From an uncultured Bacteroidales bacterium (GTDB lineage Bacteria > Bacteroidota > Bacteroidia > Bacteroidales > UBA10428): DNA of 64,000 nucleotides. The position numbers and the translations under genes were made by a program. This document shows positions 46,693 to 56,456 of this stretch, one piece after another; position 1 is the stretch's first letter, and every line of letters begins with the position of its first letter. Location: the NCBI GenBank assembly GCA_963822145.1, contig CAWGGG010000004.1, positions 1,744,426-1,808,425 on the forward strand, written 5' to 3'. Under the pieces are notes generated by a model. The model was given only the letters and a program-made list of their open reading frames with translations. It was not told the DNA's origin and ran no database searches.

Positions 46693-47388
46693 TTACTTGA
46701 ATTCTTCAACCAGAATAAAATCGAGATAAGCCAGGTTTGATCCCTTGTTATATTTAAGTGTCAGTAAATTCAACCCAGTGGATGCAAGCGATATCTCACC
46801 GATGGTCGCCTGGTCCCAGTAATGCCAGTTTCCGGTACTGACCGGTAGTTTCAGGTCACAGATCTTCTGGTTATTCAGCCATAGCGTTGATTTGTTGTCG
46901 TCATTGCCATACACCGTCACAATCTTATATTTACCTGCCACCTTTATATCAACGGTATAATTGGTCCATTCGCCGTCTTCCTGCCAACCAATATAAAGCT
47001 GGTTCACTTTGGGATCAACTTTATTGGGATGGTTAAAATCCGCCCAGTCCTTGGTATAGGAAATATCCACAGCTTCATTTTCACGAAAGAAACAAATGTA
47101 AGGGGATACACCAGGACGGGCATGTCCCTGCGTATGGTTCAGGGCACTTCCCTCATTGATGGGTGTGACATCATGATACGCTACTCCTTCACCACCCAGG
47201 TCATAATAGGCCAGTTCAACCCGTCCGGGGATTACCTGGGCCCCTTGCTGATAATACTTATCTGAAAAGGGCTGGCCTTTATAGTCTTTGGGCATTTGCC
47301 CCCGGGCTGATGCAAGGGCAACAATCACCGTCATGGGTAGCATGAACAGGTTTCGGATGATAATTCGTTGTGAGGTCATAGGTTTCAT
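46693..47388 (-). CDS. Secreted carbohydrate-binding module protein (CBM6/35-like)
   Basis: 231 aa with a signal peptide. YYDLGGEGVAYHD is a sugar-binding-module signature. Its stop abuts the next gene's start. Confidence 0.5.
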   Translation of the reverse strand: MKPMTSQRIIIRNLFMLPMTVIVALASARGQMPKDYKGQPFSDKYYQQGAQVIPGRVELAYYDLGGEGVAYHDVTPINEGSALNHTQGHARPGVSPYICFFRENEAVDISYTKDWADFNHPNKVDPKVNQLYIGWQEDGEWTNYTVDIKVAGKYKIVTVYGNDDNKSTLWLNNQKICDLKLPVSTGNWHYWDQATIGEISLASTGLNLLTLKYNKGSNLAYLDFILVEEFK

Positions 47389-48947
47389 TTTGCTGCTGGA
47401 ATTTCAACTTTCAGGATGTTTGAATAATCGGTACTTCCGGCTGAATTTTCACCTTTCAGGCGATAGTAATAAGTTTTTCCGGCATCTGCGGTCTCATCAT
47501 AATACAGGATAAGGGGATCAGATGCTTCCGGAGTATATTCAAAGTTCTTCACATCAGCAATTACAGCATCTTCAAGTCCGGTTGCGATAACCTTCCAGGA
47601 TCCCTGAACACTTTCAGCACGTTCCATGATGTAAAAAGCCGCTCCGGTGGAACCGCGCCAGGTAAAGCCCGTACCCTGCAACATCAGCACCGGAGCCATG
47701 GAAGGTCTTTCAACTTCCGGAAGCGGAAGTTCACGAATGGAATAGGCTTCCTTCCTGAGTAAATCGAGTAAACGGATTTCTTCGTAGGCAAATCCTGCAG
47801 AGAATCCCGGAACATGGAACGAATTTACCGGTGTACCACCTTCATTATGATAATACCAGCCACCATCACGGCGATGTGCCCGGATGCTCCACATCAGGCC
47901 TCCTGTTATATCCTCCTCACGAATGACAGTCATCAGGGCCCTCAGGTTTTCAGTACTGCCCAAACCAAACTCATCCACCATCAGTGGTTTTTTCCCCCTG
48001 CATTGTTCCCGCGAAGCCCGGGCGATTGGTGCCAGTTCCCAGGATTTTCCACCCATGCGGTTCCAGTATTCATATAGGTGGTCGCTAATGATATCAATGT
48101 TCGGATCAGCCAGGAAAGCATTACGATCTGCCCCTCCCGCTTCCAGGATCAGGTGATTCGGATCGACCCTCTTGATATAAGCGGCCATTTCAATGCTCCA
48201 TGTAAGAATGTGCTTCTCCCATTCCTGGTAATCCAATTTGCGGTCGCCGGCATAACTGCCAAATTCATTGCCGAGTTGCCAGCACAATATAGCGGGATCA
48301 TCTTTATACAGGATCCCGTTAACAGTATTTTTCCGATTCAGTAGGAAATCAAGAAAGTGTCTGAAATCGGACTTAACTTCTTCATCTGTCCAGAAAGAAC
48401 CTTTCGGTTTTCCGCTGAGGGCCGAAAACTCATCCACTCCCCGAATTCCGCCAAAGCTCTGAGAGGCAATGAACGGTATGATCACGCGGACATCATATTC
48501 ATGGCAAAGGGCGATTACCCGGTCAAGACACTTGAAAGCGTCCTCGTTGTATGTACGGCGTGCTGTGATATATACAGGCATTTCCTTATCTTCGGGAGAA
48601 TAAACGGATAACGAGAATGTTCTGGTTGCACGGCCTCCCAGACGTTGTATGCCTCCAAGGATATCCCTGATCTCATACTCATCGGGGAAGCGGTTGGACC
48701 TGTCTGCACGGATTTGCGATTCATTTTGCTGAATATTGGGTGCCGCCATTCCAAAAAACCTGAAAACCCTATCGCCTTCCATCAACTGATCCCCCTGCCG
48801 GGTTATAATGGGCCAGTCGGGCTTATCCCTGGTGATTCGGACTGCCTCCCGGGCTTCAGCCGTAAAGGATATAAGGCCGATCCATAAAACAAATTTTCCA
48901 GGTATTTTAATGTTTGCTCCGGACATAGTCTTAAAAATTATATACAA
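47385..48947 (-). CDS. Glycoside hydrolase family 5-like with a C-terminal Ig/FnIII-like domain
   Basis: 520 aa. WQLGNEFG is the candidate acid/base and LMVDEFGLG the candidate nucleophile. There is a 4-nt overlap with the CBM gene. Confidence 0.7.
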   Translation of the reverse strand: MYIIFKTMSGANIKIPGKFVLWIGLISFTAEAREAVRITRDKPDWPIITRQGDQLMEGDRVFRFFGMAAPNIQQNESQIRADRSNRFPDEYEIRDILGGIQRLGGRATRTFSLSVYSPEDKEMPVYITARRTYNEDAFKCLDRVIALCHEYDVRVIIPFIASQSFGGIRGVDEFSALSGKPKGSFWTDEEVKSDFRHFLDFLLNRKNTVNGILYKDDPAILCWQLGNEFGSYAGDRKLDYQEWEKHILTWSIEMAAYIKRVDPNHLILEAGGADRNAFLADPNIDIISDHLYEYWNRMGGKSWELAPIARASREQCRGKKPLMVDEFGLGSTENLRALMTVIREEDITGGLMWSIRAHRRDGGWYYHNEGGTPVNSFHVPGFSAGFAYEEIRLLDLLRKEAYSIRELPLPEVERPSMAPVLMLQGTGFTWRGSTGAAFYIMERAESVQGSWKVIATGLEDAVIADVKNFEYTPEASDPLILYYDETADAGKTYYYRLKGENSAGSTDYSNILKVEIPAAK

Positions 48948-49018
48948 TACCTATCGCTCACCAAGATACATATTTTGTATATATCCTTTATAAATCCCGA
49001 TAATACTATTTTTCCGTT

Positions 49019-51121
49019 TTATAATGCTTTTATTAAAAGATCCGATTTTTCGGCAATCGAAGTATGTATCCATATTAACAGGGCATTGCCCACCAGGGCT
49101 GATTTATAGGGCACTGCTTCTCCATTAACCAAAACTGATACTTCTTCTTTACCCTTCCAGTTCAGTATTTGTATGGCCGGGTTGATGACGGGCCTTCCCC
49201 CGGGCTGAACCCCGATATGACACAAATCGCTCCCCTTAACGTTATCGAAAATCCAGCAGCGGGCAGTCAGATCATTTTTAACAAATGTGATGTTGTTATC
49301 CATTGAGGCAATGATTCCCGGATCAAGCCAGGTTTGGATGTTGTCTTTTACTGCATTATAATCGTAGGGTCGGCCTACCCCTACCAACATCACATGTTTT
49401 CGGTACATCCGGCCAGAGCTATCTGTTTTAAAATGATCCTTAAAATCAACTCCCTGCTGGTAAAAACCCGCACTTACCAGAGAGGTATGCGTTACTTCAT
49501 TGAGATGTGATGCGTAAGATCGTGAGGTTGCCCCCCATCCGTTGGTATTTTGACCATAAGGTTCGCGACCCACAGGCCAGTGAGAAAAGTTATAATTTGT
49601 ATTATGCCAGCTGATTTGTGTTTCAATTTTGATACCGGTCCATGTTTCGGGGTAGTCATCAGTTTGGTTATAAGCCATATAAAAATCGGGCAGACCATCT
49701 TTGAAATGGCAGTCGAATACCACCTGAGGCCAGTTCCAGGAGTCCTTGGCATATTCATCATGAGTTGGAGGCGGGAAATAGGTCTTCACCGAATCGGTCA
49801 TATTAAAAACGGATAAAGCAGGGGCATTGCAGATATCTCCGGCTTCCACCAGTGAACCGCCAATCGGCATAGGTTCTATTATTTCAGGTCCCCATTGGCG
49901 CCTGTGTTCAATATCAAGCTTGGGCCTATCAATCAGTTGACGCGTTCCGGTACCATCGGGGTAAAAGGTCCAGTACTCGTCGTAATACGGATATGCTGTG
50001 CCCCCAAAGTTCTCACCTGTAAAATGATAATCGGGATTTAAGGGTATGCCGTGCCAGTGAATGATTTTTCTTACCGCGTTATCTTCAATAATAGTAACCG
50101 ACTGGCCATGCCTTTGGCGGTCCGACATTGCCTCGTGACAACCTTCATATATTGAATCGCCACTTTCAAAGAATTCAAAATTGAGTAAAAACTGGTTTGA
50201 AAGTCGCCAGGCTGGCGCATTATTGGCCCTGTCCCATATCAGGAACTTGATGTTCTTATCAAAACCAAACTCATCGCCAAAGGTAACTACCGTGGCTTCA
50301 CCCTCGAAGCCCGACCAGGAAAAACTGCGTTTTTGCGCCCTAAATCCGGTTTGGCTGTCATCCCTGTCATTCACTGGTGTTCTAACCACGGTCAGGTAAT
50401 GGTATTGGGCAGTCTCTGGGCCGTTTGTAGATTCATTGCGACAAATCAGTCCGATAAAATAGGATTGTCCAGCATCGAGCCAGGCGTATTGAGGAGCTAC
50501 TTCGAGCCAGTCGTTTGAGGTTATGCCCCATTTATCAAGCTTTGTCCCGTAATAAAAATGGAATGTATTGGAAAGCGACTCATGCAAAATGCGGATTTTC
50601 CTGTTGGTACCAATAAAGGGAACAGAAAATACGGAGCCATCGAGTTTGGATTCATAGCGGGATGGATCTATCACCTTTTTGGGATCATGCACATTCCGAA
50701 GTCCCTGCTGACGGTCATACTGGTTCACGAATACCTTTCCATCACGGTTATTTACAGTAATAAGGGTATAATTATTAATATCAGGCTCACCGTCTTTAGC
50801 TGCGATAATAACGAGACCTACGGCATCATCTGCCTCAAACTCTGTTTCAGCAAAGAAATTTCCTGAAACCTCCTTCAGATGATAAACCCCTGCCAGCTCG
50901 GTGGTATCTCCTGCAGTGATTTCAAGTCTTTCTGCCGCATACCTGATGACGCAGGAGTTTTTGTCCGGAATCCTGAATAATCCAAATTTTCCGGGATCAC
51001 TGAAATTCTCATAGAAAAGTGTATCGTAAAATTCGCTGCAATCAGCACGGTGTATCAACAAGGAAAATAAGAACATTAATGATATTATCTTCTGCAATGA
51101 GGAGGTTTGATAGCGTCTCAT
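49019..51121 (-). CDS. Large secreted protein of unknown function
   Basis: 700-aa uninterrupted ORF with a signal-like N-terminus (IISLMFLFSLLIHRADC). It is rich in Trp, Tyr and Asp. I recognise no catalytic motif. Confidence 0.6.
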   Translation of the reverse strand: MRRYQTSSLQKIISLMFLFSLLIHRADCSEFYDTLFYENFSDPGKFGLFRIPDKNSCVIRYAAERLEITAGDTTELAGVYHLKEVSGNFFAETEFEADDAVGLVIIAAKDGEPDINNYTLITVNNRDGKVFVNQYDRQQGLRNVHDPKKVIDPSRYESKLDGSVFSVPFIGTNRKIRILHESLSNTFHFYYGTKLDKWGITSNDWLEVAPQYAWLDAGQSYFIGLICRNESTNGPETAQYHYLTVVRTPVNDRDDSQTGFRAQKRSFSWSGFEGEATVVTFGDEFGFDKNIKFLIWDRANNAPAWRLSNQFLLNFEFFESGDSIYEGCHEAMSDRQRHGQSVTIIEDNAVRKIIHWHGIPLNPDYHFTGENFGGTAYPYYDEYWTFYPDGTGTRQLIDRPKLDIEHRRQWGPEIIEPMPIGGSLVEAGDICNAPALSVFNMTDSVKTYFPPPTHDEYAKDSWNWPQVVFDCHFKDGLPDFYMAYNQTDDYPETWTGIKIETQISWHNTNYNFSHWPVGREPYGQNTNGWGATSRSYASHLNEVTHTSLVSAGFYQQGVDFKDHFKTDSSGRMYRKHVMLVGVGRPYDYNAVKDNIQTWLDPGIIASMDNNITFVKNDLTARCWIFDNVKGSDLCHIGVQPGGRPVINPAIQILNWKGKEEVSVLVNGEAVPYKSALVGNALLIWIHTSIAEKSDLLIKAL

Positions 51122-51212
51122 GTCAAATATTTTTAATAGTTAGCGGGCAGGCCGAATGGGGCTCCTTTAATACATTTTTGAAGTGAAAGTACCTTAGGTG
51201 CGACATTATGGT

Positions 51213-52178
51213 CTATTGTTTCTTGATGCCATTCATCCAGATTACCGATTGTTCTGACCGGTGCGGCTGTCCGATAATATCTTTGTACAATTCCGGCCGC
51301 CTGGCCTGCAGGTAACGGTATCCCCCTGAATGTGCCATTTTGCCCGGGGTAAGCATAGCGGTCGCATAACTGTCATCAAATGAACGGCATTCCGCAAGGA
51401 TATCCCCAAAGGGATCAAGGATCATGGAACAGCCGTTTTTCAGCTGGTCATCGTCCATTCCAATGGGATTGGAAAAAACAACATAAATTCCATTATCATA
51501 AGCTCTTGCCGGCAACCACTTCATCAGCCAGCCCCGTCCTTTCATTCCTTCAAACTCTAATCTGAGGGAGGTTGGATCAGATTCACGGTTCTCCCAGAGG
51601 CTTGGATCTATAAATCCGGCACCAGGCCGTGTAGAAGGCGTGCACATGGTAACATGAGGCATAAAGATAATATCAGCCCCCAGCAATCGTGTCGCCCTTA
51701 CATTTTCAATGATATTATTGTCGTAACAAATCAGGATGCCGCATTTCCAACCAAGGATGTCAAAAACACAATACTGGTCGCCAGGCATCAGATAAGGATT
51801 AATGAACGGATGCAATTTCCTGTGCTTTGCGATCAACCCGTTTTTATCAACACAAACATAAGCTTTAAAGAGGTTATCATGAACATCTTTTTCAAAAAGT
51901 CCAGCCAGTACAATGATATCATTGTCCTTTGCGATTTGGGCAAGTTTAGCCATGCTTGGCCCATCCGGAATGAATTCAGCCAGATCGAGCATTTGTGCTT
52001 TTGTAAGATTCCTGGCAAAAGAATACCCTGTTATAGAACATTCATGAAATGCAATCACCCTTGAACCTTCACCGGAGGCTTTTTTGCAAAGATTTTCAAT
52101 AACACTTAAATTATAGTTTTTATCTCCGCTTCTGTGTTCAAATTGTGCTGTTGAAACTTTGAGGTTTTCCATATTCAT
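51213..52178 (-). CDS. Carbon-nitrogen hydrolase (nitrilase superfamily)
   Basis: 321 aa. The Glu-Lys-Cys triad contexts are AFHECSITGY, AKHRKLHPF and CGILICYDN. Confidence 0.85.
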   Translation of the reverse strand: MNMENLKVSTAQFEHRSGDKNYNLSVIENLCKKASGEGSRVIAFHECSITGYSFARNLTKAQMLDLAEFIPDGPSMAKLAQIAKDNDIIVLAGLFEKDVHDNLFKAYVCVDKNGLIAKHRKLHPFINPYLMPGDQYCVFDILGWKCGILICYDNNIIENVRATRLLGADIIFMPHVTMCTPSTRPGAGFIDPSLWENRESDPTSLRLEFEGMKGRGWLMKWLPARAYDNGIYVVFSNPIGMDDDQLKNGCSMILDPFGDILAECRSFDDSYATAMLTPGKMAHSGGYRYLQARRPELYKDIIGQPHRSEQSVIWMNGIKKQ

Positions 52179-52236
52179 ACATTAAACTCTTATTAGGAAT
52201 GTTACCGGTAAAACAGATTCCAATAGGCTGTATCCT

Positions 52237-53001
52237 TTATTTTTTACACTCAACAATAAACTCCTTGGATGATTCATCCAGGGGGTGGCCCTTATAGTCC
52301 CCATAAATCCTGTAGGAAGTGAATTCGGAACGTTCAATCAAATGCTCCAGTTCATAACGGAAGAAGAACCGTAACGGCAAATCCCAGTCCTCCGTTTTCA
52401 GGGTTTCATCCTCATCCCATTCCAGTGTAAAAAAAACCTGAATAACCTGGTTTATCAGGTCAGGTTTTGTGGATACCATCCTCCTCAGCTTTTTTCCAGA
52501 TTCATACTCACCATCAAAATCAACCTGGTTATGAAGCCCTTTTATCAATTGGTTCAGGTCGGGGACAAAAGTGTCGAAGATAAACCTGCCATTGGGTTTC
52601 AAATGCCTGCAAACATTATTTAAAGCAAGGATCTGGTCTTTTTTTTCCGGAATATGCATGATAACCCTGAAGGGGGCAATGATCAAATCAAATTGGAAAT
52701 CAAATGAGAAATCAAGCATGTTTTGCCGGGTAACCCTGTAATGCTGGTTGGGTTCAAGTTTGCTTTTCAGGACCTCAATCATGTTTCGGCTGATATCTAT
52801 GCCATAAACTTCATGTCCGTTGTGCAGGGCTTCAACAAAGAACCTTCCGGTTCCCACGCCTATTTCCAGCACACTTCCCTGGGTTTTCATGACTTCATTC
52901 AGGAAAAAATCATGATCAACACCATCCCTTAACTGGTGATAAATAACATCATAAAACCTGGCAAAGCTGGTTGGATATTCCTGAGTTTTCATAGCATTCA
53001 T
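52237..53001 (-). CDS. Class I SAM-dependent methyltransferase
   Basis: 254 aa with motif I VLEIGVGTGRF and post-I YGIDIS. Confidence 0.8.
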   Translation of the reverse strand: MNAMKTQEYPTSFARFYDVIYHQLRDGVDHDFFLNEVMKTQGSVLEIGVGTGRFFVEALHNGHEVYGIDISRNMIEVLKSKLEPNQHYRVTRQNMLDFSFDFQFDLIIAPFRVIMHIPEKKDQILALNNVCRHLKPNGRFIFDTFVPDLNQLIKGLHNQVDFDGEYESGKKLRRMVSTKPDLINQVIQVFFTLEWDEDETLKTEDWDLPLRFFFRYELEHLIERSEFTSYRIYGDYKGHPLDESSKEFIVECKK

Positions 53002-53810
53002 GTCTTTTTAATGATCCAGATATCCTGTGACAGTCCTTTCCCCCTTTCAGGCTTTTTCTCAACATGCTCCAGGATCTGCACGTTTTTAAAAAGTCTTTTC
53101 ATGAACCCGGGTGGATGAAAGGCCGAAAAGGTGCGGTGGCCTTCCCGGGTCTTCCCTCGGACAATCAATTCATCCCTGTTGTATCGTTTCAATTCCCGGG
53201 GCGTCAGTTTCATGGTAAAGTTATCACCCTGGGTGGTAAAAAGCATAATACCCTTTGTTTTTAGTACACGATAAAGTTCGTTGTACCAGTCATAATGCGA
53301 TTGTTCCGATAAATGGGTGAAAACCGATATGCCATATATCACGTCAAAGTATTGATCAGGGAAGGAAAGTTTCGCCTCCAGGGAATTCCTGCCAAATACA
53401 ATACCTGGAAGGTTCCGGGAACACCAGTCGATAGTTTTTATATTGTAATCCGTCCCGAAATACTCGCATCCATCACCCAACAAAGCAGGCAGGTGTCTGG
53501 TGATCCGTCCTGGTCCACAACCCCAATCCAGTATGCGTTTATCCTTTAAATCAATATGATTTCTGAGATGACTGATCAGCCAAAGGGCTGTTTCCATTCC
53601 TCCCGTATAATAGCCTGAATAATTTATCTGAAAGGTTTCATACATTAAATAATCAGGAGGTAACTTAACCTCAGGGTGATTAACCCTGAATTCACGATTT
53701 GCCCTGCTTTGCTTAAATCGCTGAAAATAAAACCTTACCTGGTCCGTAAAACGGATCAATCGCCATCCCCTCAGCAAATTAGACAGCAGTCCTTTATTCA
53801 TGTGCATCAT
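52998..53810 (-). CDS. Class I SAM-dependent methyltransferase
   Basis: 270 aa with motif I ILDWGCGPGRI. It overlaps the neighbouring genes by 4 nt on both sides. Confidence 0.8.
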   Translation of the reverse strand: MMHMNKGLLSNLLRGWRLIRFTDQVRFYFQRFKQSRANREFRVNHPEVKLPPDYLMYETFQINYSGYYTGGMETALWLISHLRNHIDLKDKRILDWGCGPGRITRHLPALLGDGCEYFGTDYNIKTIDWCSRNLPGIVFGRNSLEAKLSFPDQYFDVIYGISVFTHLSEQSHYDWYNELYRVLKTKGIMLFTTQGDNFTMKLTPRELKRYNRDELIVRGKTREGHRTFSAFHPPGFMKRLFKNVQILEHVEKKPERGKGLSQDIWIIKKT

Positions 53811-54193
53811 CTGCTGGCGGTTAACTCAATCTTGTTCTTATCCGGATCGAGTATTACACTTTCATAGTATCCGTCTCCCGTAGTCCTTGGATAACTGTAT
53901 ACCTCAACACCGGCAAGCTCCAGCTTCCTGGTCATTGCGTCAACTTCTTCACGAGTTCCAACTACCACGGAAAAATGGGCCAGGCCTGTTCTTTCTTTAT
54001 CAGGATTTTCCGTAATATCCGACCGCTTCATGATTTCAATTCTTGCACCATCCTGAAAGGATAAAAAGTAGGAAGAAAACTGCTTTTTAATATTGTTATA
54101 TCCGTGAGAAACCTGACAGTCAAAGAACCTGATATAAAAATCCCGCAGTCGCTCCAAATCATTTGTCCAGATAGCAATGTGGTCAATATACAT
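53807..54193 (-). CDS. VOC (glyoxalase/bleomycin-resistance/dioxygenase) family protein
   Basis: 128 aa. The start is MYIDHIAIWTNDLERLRDFY, with a metal-ligand-type H and E (HFSVVV...YESVILDPD). Confidence 0.75.
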   Translation of the reverse strand: MYIDHIAIWTNDLERLRDFYIRFFDCQVSHGYNNIKKQFSSYFLSFQDGARIEIMKRSDITENPDKERTGLAHFSVVVGTREEVDAMTRKLELAGVEVYSYPRTTGDGYYESVILDPDKNKIELTASR

Positions 54194-54466
54194 AGGCTAC
54201 TTTTTGGTTTGTCGTAATAGCACAGGTGCAGGATGTGTCAGCAGCCTGCATCATGGAATAATGAATTATAAAAATAACAAGATATTCTAAAATCTTTGTT
54301 TAATGGGTATCCAGATTTTCTCTTCTGAAAACGATTTTTCATCTGAATGACGTTTAGCTAATGCATATCTGACAAGTGGTACTCTTCATGGTTTGTGTTG
54401 ATTCGAAATTTTCCTCGCAATATGGAAATGTATGCTTTTAAAGTTATGTTTCGATCTGGCATTTTC

Positions 54467-54781
54467 TTATTCAGGGATATTGGGTACCTCTATTTCAAGA
54501 TCTCCTGTGCTTTTCAGAAAAGTAATATTTAATAGAAGAAGGCAATCTGCACTTGAATCAGAAGAACTTGCGTCCGGGCTAACAAATGAAATGATTTTTT
54601 TCAGACTTTTATGTAGATCCATTAACCTGTTTTCTTCCACCTCAAGCAATAGATTCAGGGAGATATCTGAAAACCTCTGAAAATTTATGATTGCAGCATA
54701 TCTGCTGACCGTGCTGGTTATTTCGCTGATTGCCTTTATTCTCTCATCGCTGCTGATTCCTGACCAATAGTACCGGTTCAT
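54467..54781 (-). CDS. Hypothetical protein
   Basis: 104-aa ORF 28 nt downstream of the beta-lactamase on the same strand. I recognise no motif. Confidence 0.4.
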   Translation of the reverse strand: MNRYYWSGISSDERIKAISEITSTVSRYAAIINFQRFSDISLNLLLEVEENRLMDLHKSLKKIISFVSPDASSSDSSADCLLLLNITFLKSTGDLEIEVPNIPE

Positions 54782-54809
54782 TTATGATGGGGTAATTCCG
54801 ACCATTTTT

Positions 54810-55601
54810 TTATTCAATTAATTTCAACTCCAATAAAATATCTTTAACGATGTTGTAACGCGCCTGGCTCAATTTATTGAAATCATCTGTCTTAAAATTC
54901 ATGGCATAAAAATACAGTCTATTCTCTTTCTCAACATATCCAACCAACCACATAATATAATCCGAATCTGTCAGCAACCCGCCTCCGGTTTTACCGCTTA
55001 AAATATAAGAATTTGTCCGTTCAAGTATGATCAAATCCTTAACAACATCAATGGACCGGTTTGAAACTGGCAAGTTGTAGTTGTAAAACTTTCTTAGGAA
55101 ATCAATCTGCTGATTGGCGCTTATCCGGAACAATCCGGCTAACCAGAAACGTGATGGTGGACCGGTAAGGTTTTCATTACCATAATCAAATGATCTTATA
55201 TAATCATAATATTTATCAATACCTATTTGCTCAGCCAGATCCGTGTAAACCCAAACACATGAATATTTTAAAGCCGTTTTTAAGGTCTGGTCTTGATTCC
55301 ATGACTTATTTGGCCATTCATGCCCATCCCATTTTATGATCTGGCTGGTATCTTTGATCACACCTTCTTCCAGTGCTATCAATGAATTGGGAATTTTGAA
55401 AGTTGAAGCCGGAATATATCCCGAATCGCATAGAGCTGGATTGTATCTCAAAAATTCATTATCTGCCTGGTTGAACAAAACAAAACAACCATCAACTCCA
55501 TATTGGTCAAATTGTGCTTTAAAATCCTTCTCAATCGTTGCCTGGGCGAATCCAGATTGAGAAATCCACAGAGCTATTAAAATGAGTAATATGCCTCTCA
55601 T
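54810..55601 (-). CDS. Class D (OXA-type) beta-lactamase
   Basis: 263 aa with a signal peptide. The class D signature motifs occur in the correct order: STFK (PASTFKIPNSL), SxV (YSCVWV), YGN (FDYGNENL), FWL, KTG (SGKTGGG) and WLVGY. There are no BlaR1-type TM or protease domains. Confidence 0.85.
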   Translation of the reverse strand: MRGILLILIALWISQSGFAQATIEKDFKAQFDQYGVDGCFVLFNQADNEFLRYNPALCDSGYIPASTFKIPNSLIALEEGVIKDTSQIIKWDGHEWPNKSWNQDQTLKTALKYSCVWVYTDLAEQIGIDKYYDYIRSFDYGNENLTGPPSRFWLAGLFRISANQQIDFLRKFYNYNLPVSNRSIDVVKDLIILERTNSYILSGKTGGGLLTDSDYIMWLVGYVEKENRLYFYAMNFKTDDFNKLSQARYNIVKDILLELKLIE

Positions 55602-55683
55602 GTGATATAGCTATTTGTATAGGTAGTCCTTACACAGTATTATTTACACATGAAGACTAAAATTTTTTCGGATCCATTATGCA

Positions 55684-56433
55684 TCACTGGTTTAATTTCT
55701 TTATTCTATACCAGTATCTATAGGCTTCCTTAAATCCTACTTTATTATATAATTTATTAGCAGCTTTATTATCAGTTAATACTTGCAGGTAGGCAACTTC
55801 TGCTCCATTATTTTTACCCCACATCAATAGGTTATCCATCATTGATTTGCCAAATCCCTTATTTCTGTATTGTTTATCAATCACTATATCAAATAATCCC
55901 ACAAATTTATCATCGATCACTCCTAATCCGCAACCAACCGGATATCCATCCAGATTATAAGTCAGCAAGCACTTGGGCAGAATAATCTGATCAATGATTT
56001 TTTTTAAGACGGGTTTATGAATCAAATCTGTTTCATTCATTTGAACATAATTATCAATCCAATCACCTTCTGTGTATTCTATTATATGAGCGTTACTATC
56101 CTTATCGACGGTGAATTTATCTATATTCATTAATTGAACGGATATATCAAATTCATGATGATATCCCTTTGCATCAAGAATTTCGTCCAAATCACAAGGC
56201 TGAGCAATTTCTGTAATCTTAAAACATGCCGGTAAATTCTTAAGTTGATAAAGATTCTCACAGTAACTGATCTTTTCACAGACATCAATTTTTGAATCAT
56301 AAACCGGATAAACAGAATTCGATCTCTTTGTTAATCCTTCAGCAAAACGAAGCACCCAACCATCGTAATGAATTGTCTGCAGAGAGGGCCAGGAATTCAT
56401 GGATACTTCCTCTATCTGTCTTATCAGATTCAT
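55684..56433 (-). CDS. GNAT family N-acetyltransferase
   Basis: The acetyl-CoA motif A is YRNKGFGKSMMDNLL, followed by VLTDNKAANKLYNKVGF. The start was set at MNLIRQIEE (56433) to avoid a 76-nt overlap with the upstream gene; the track ORF extends to 56532. Confidence 0.75.
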   Translation of the reverse strand: MNLIRQIEEVSMNSWPSLQTIHYDGWVLRFAEGLTKRSNSVYPVYDSKIDVCEKISYCENLYQLKNLPACFKITEIAQPCDLDEILDAKGYHHEFDISVQLMNIDKFTVDKDSNAHIIEYTEGDWIDNYVQMNETDLIHKPVLKKIIDQIILPKCLLTYNLDGYPVGCGLGVIDDKFVGLFDIVIDKQYRNKGFGKSMMDNLLMWGKNNGAEVAYLQVLTDNKAANKLYNKVGFKEAYRYWYRIKKLNQ

Positions 56434-56456
56434 AACAGGTTTTCGTGCATTATACC

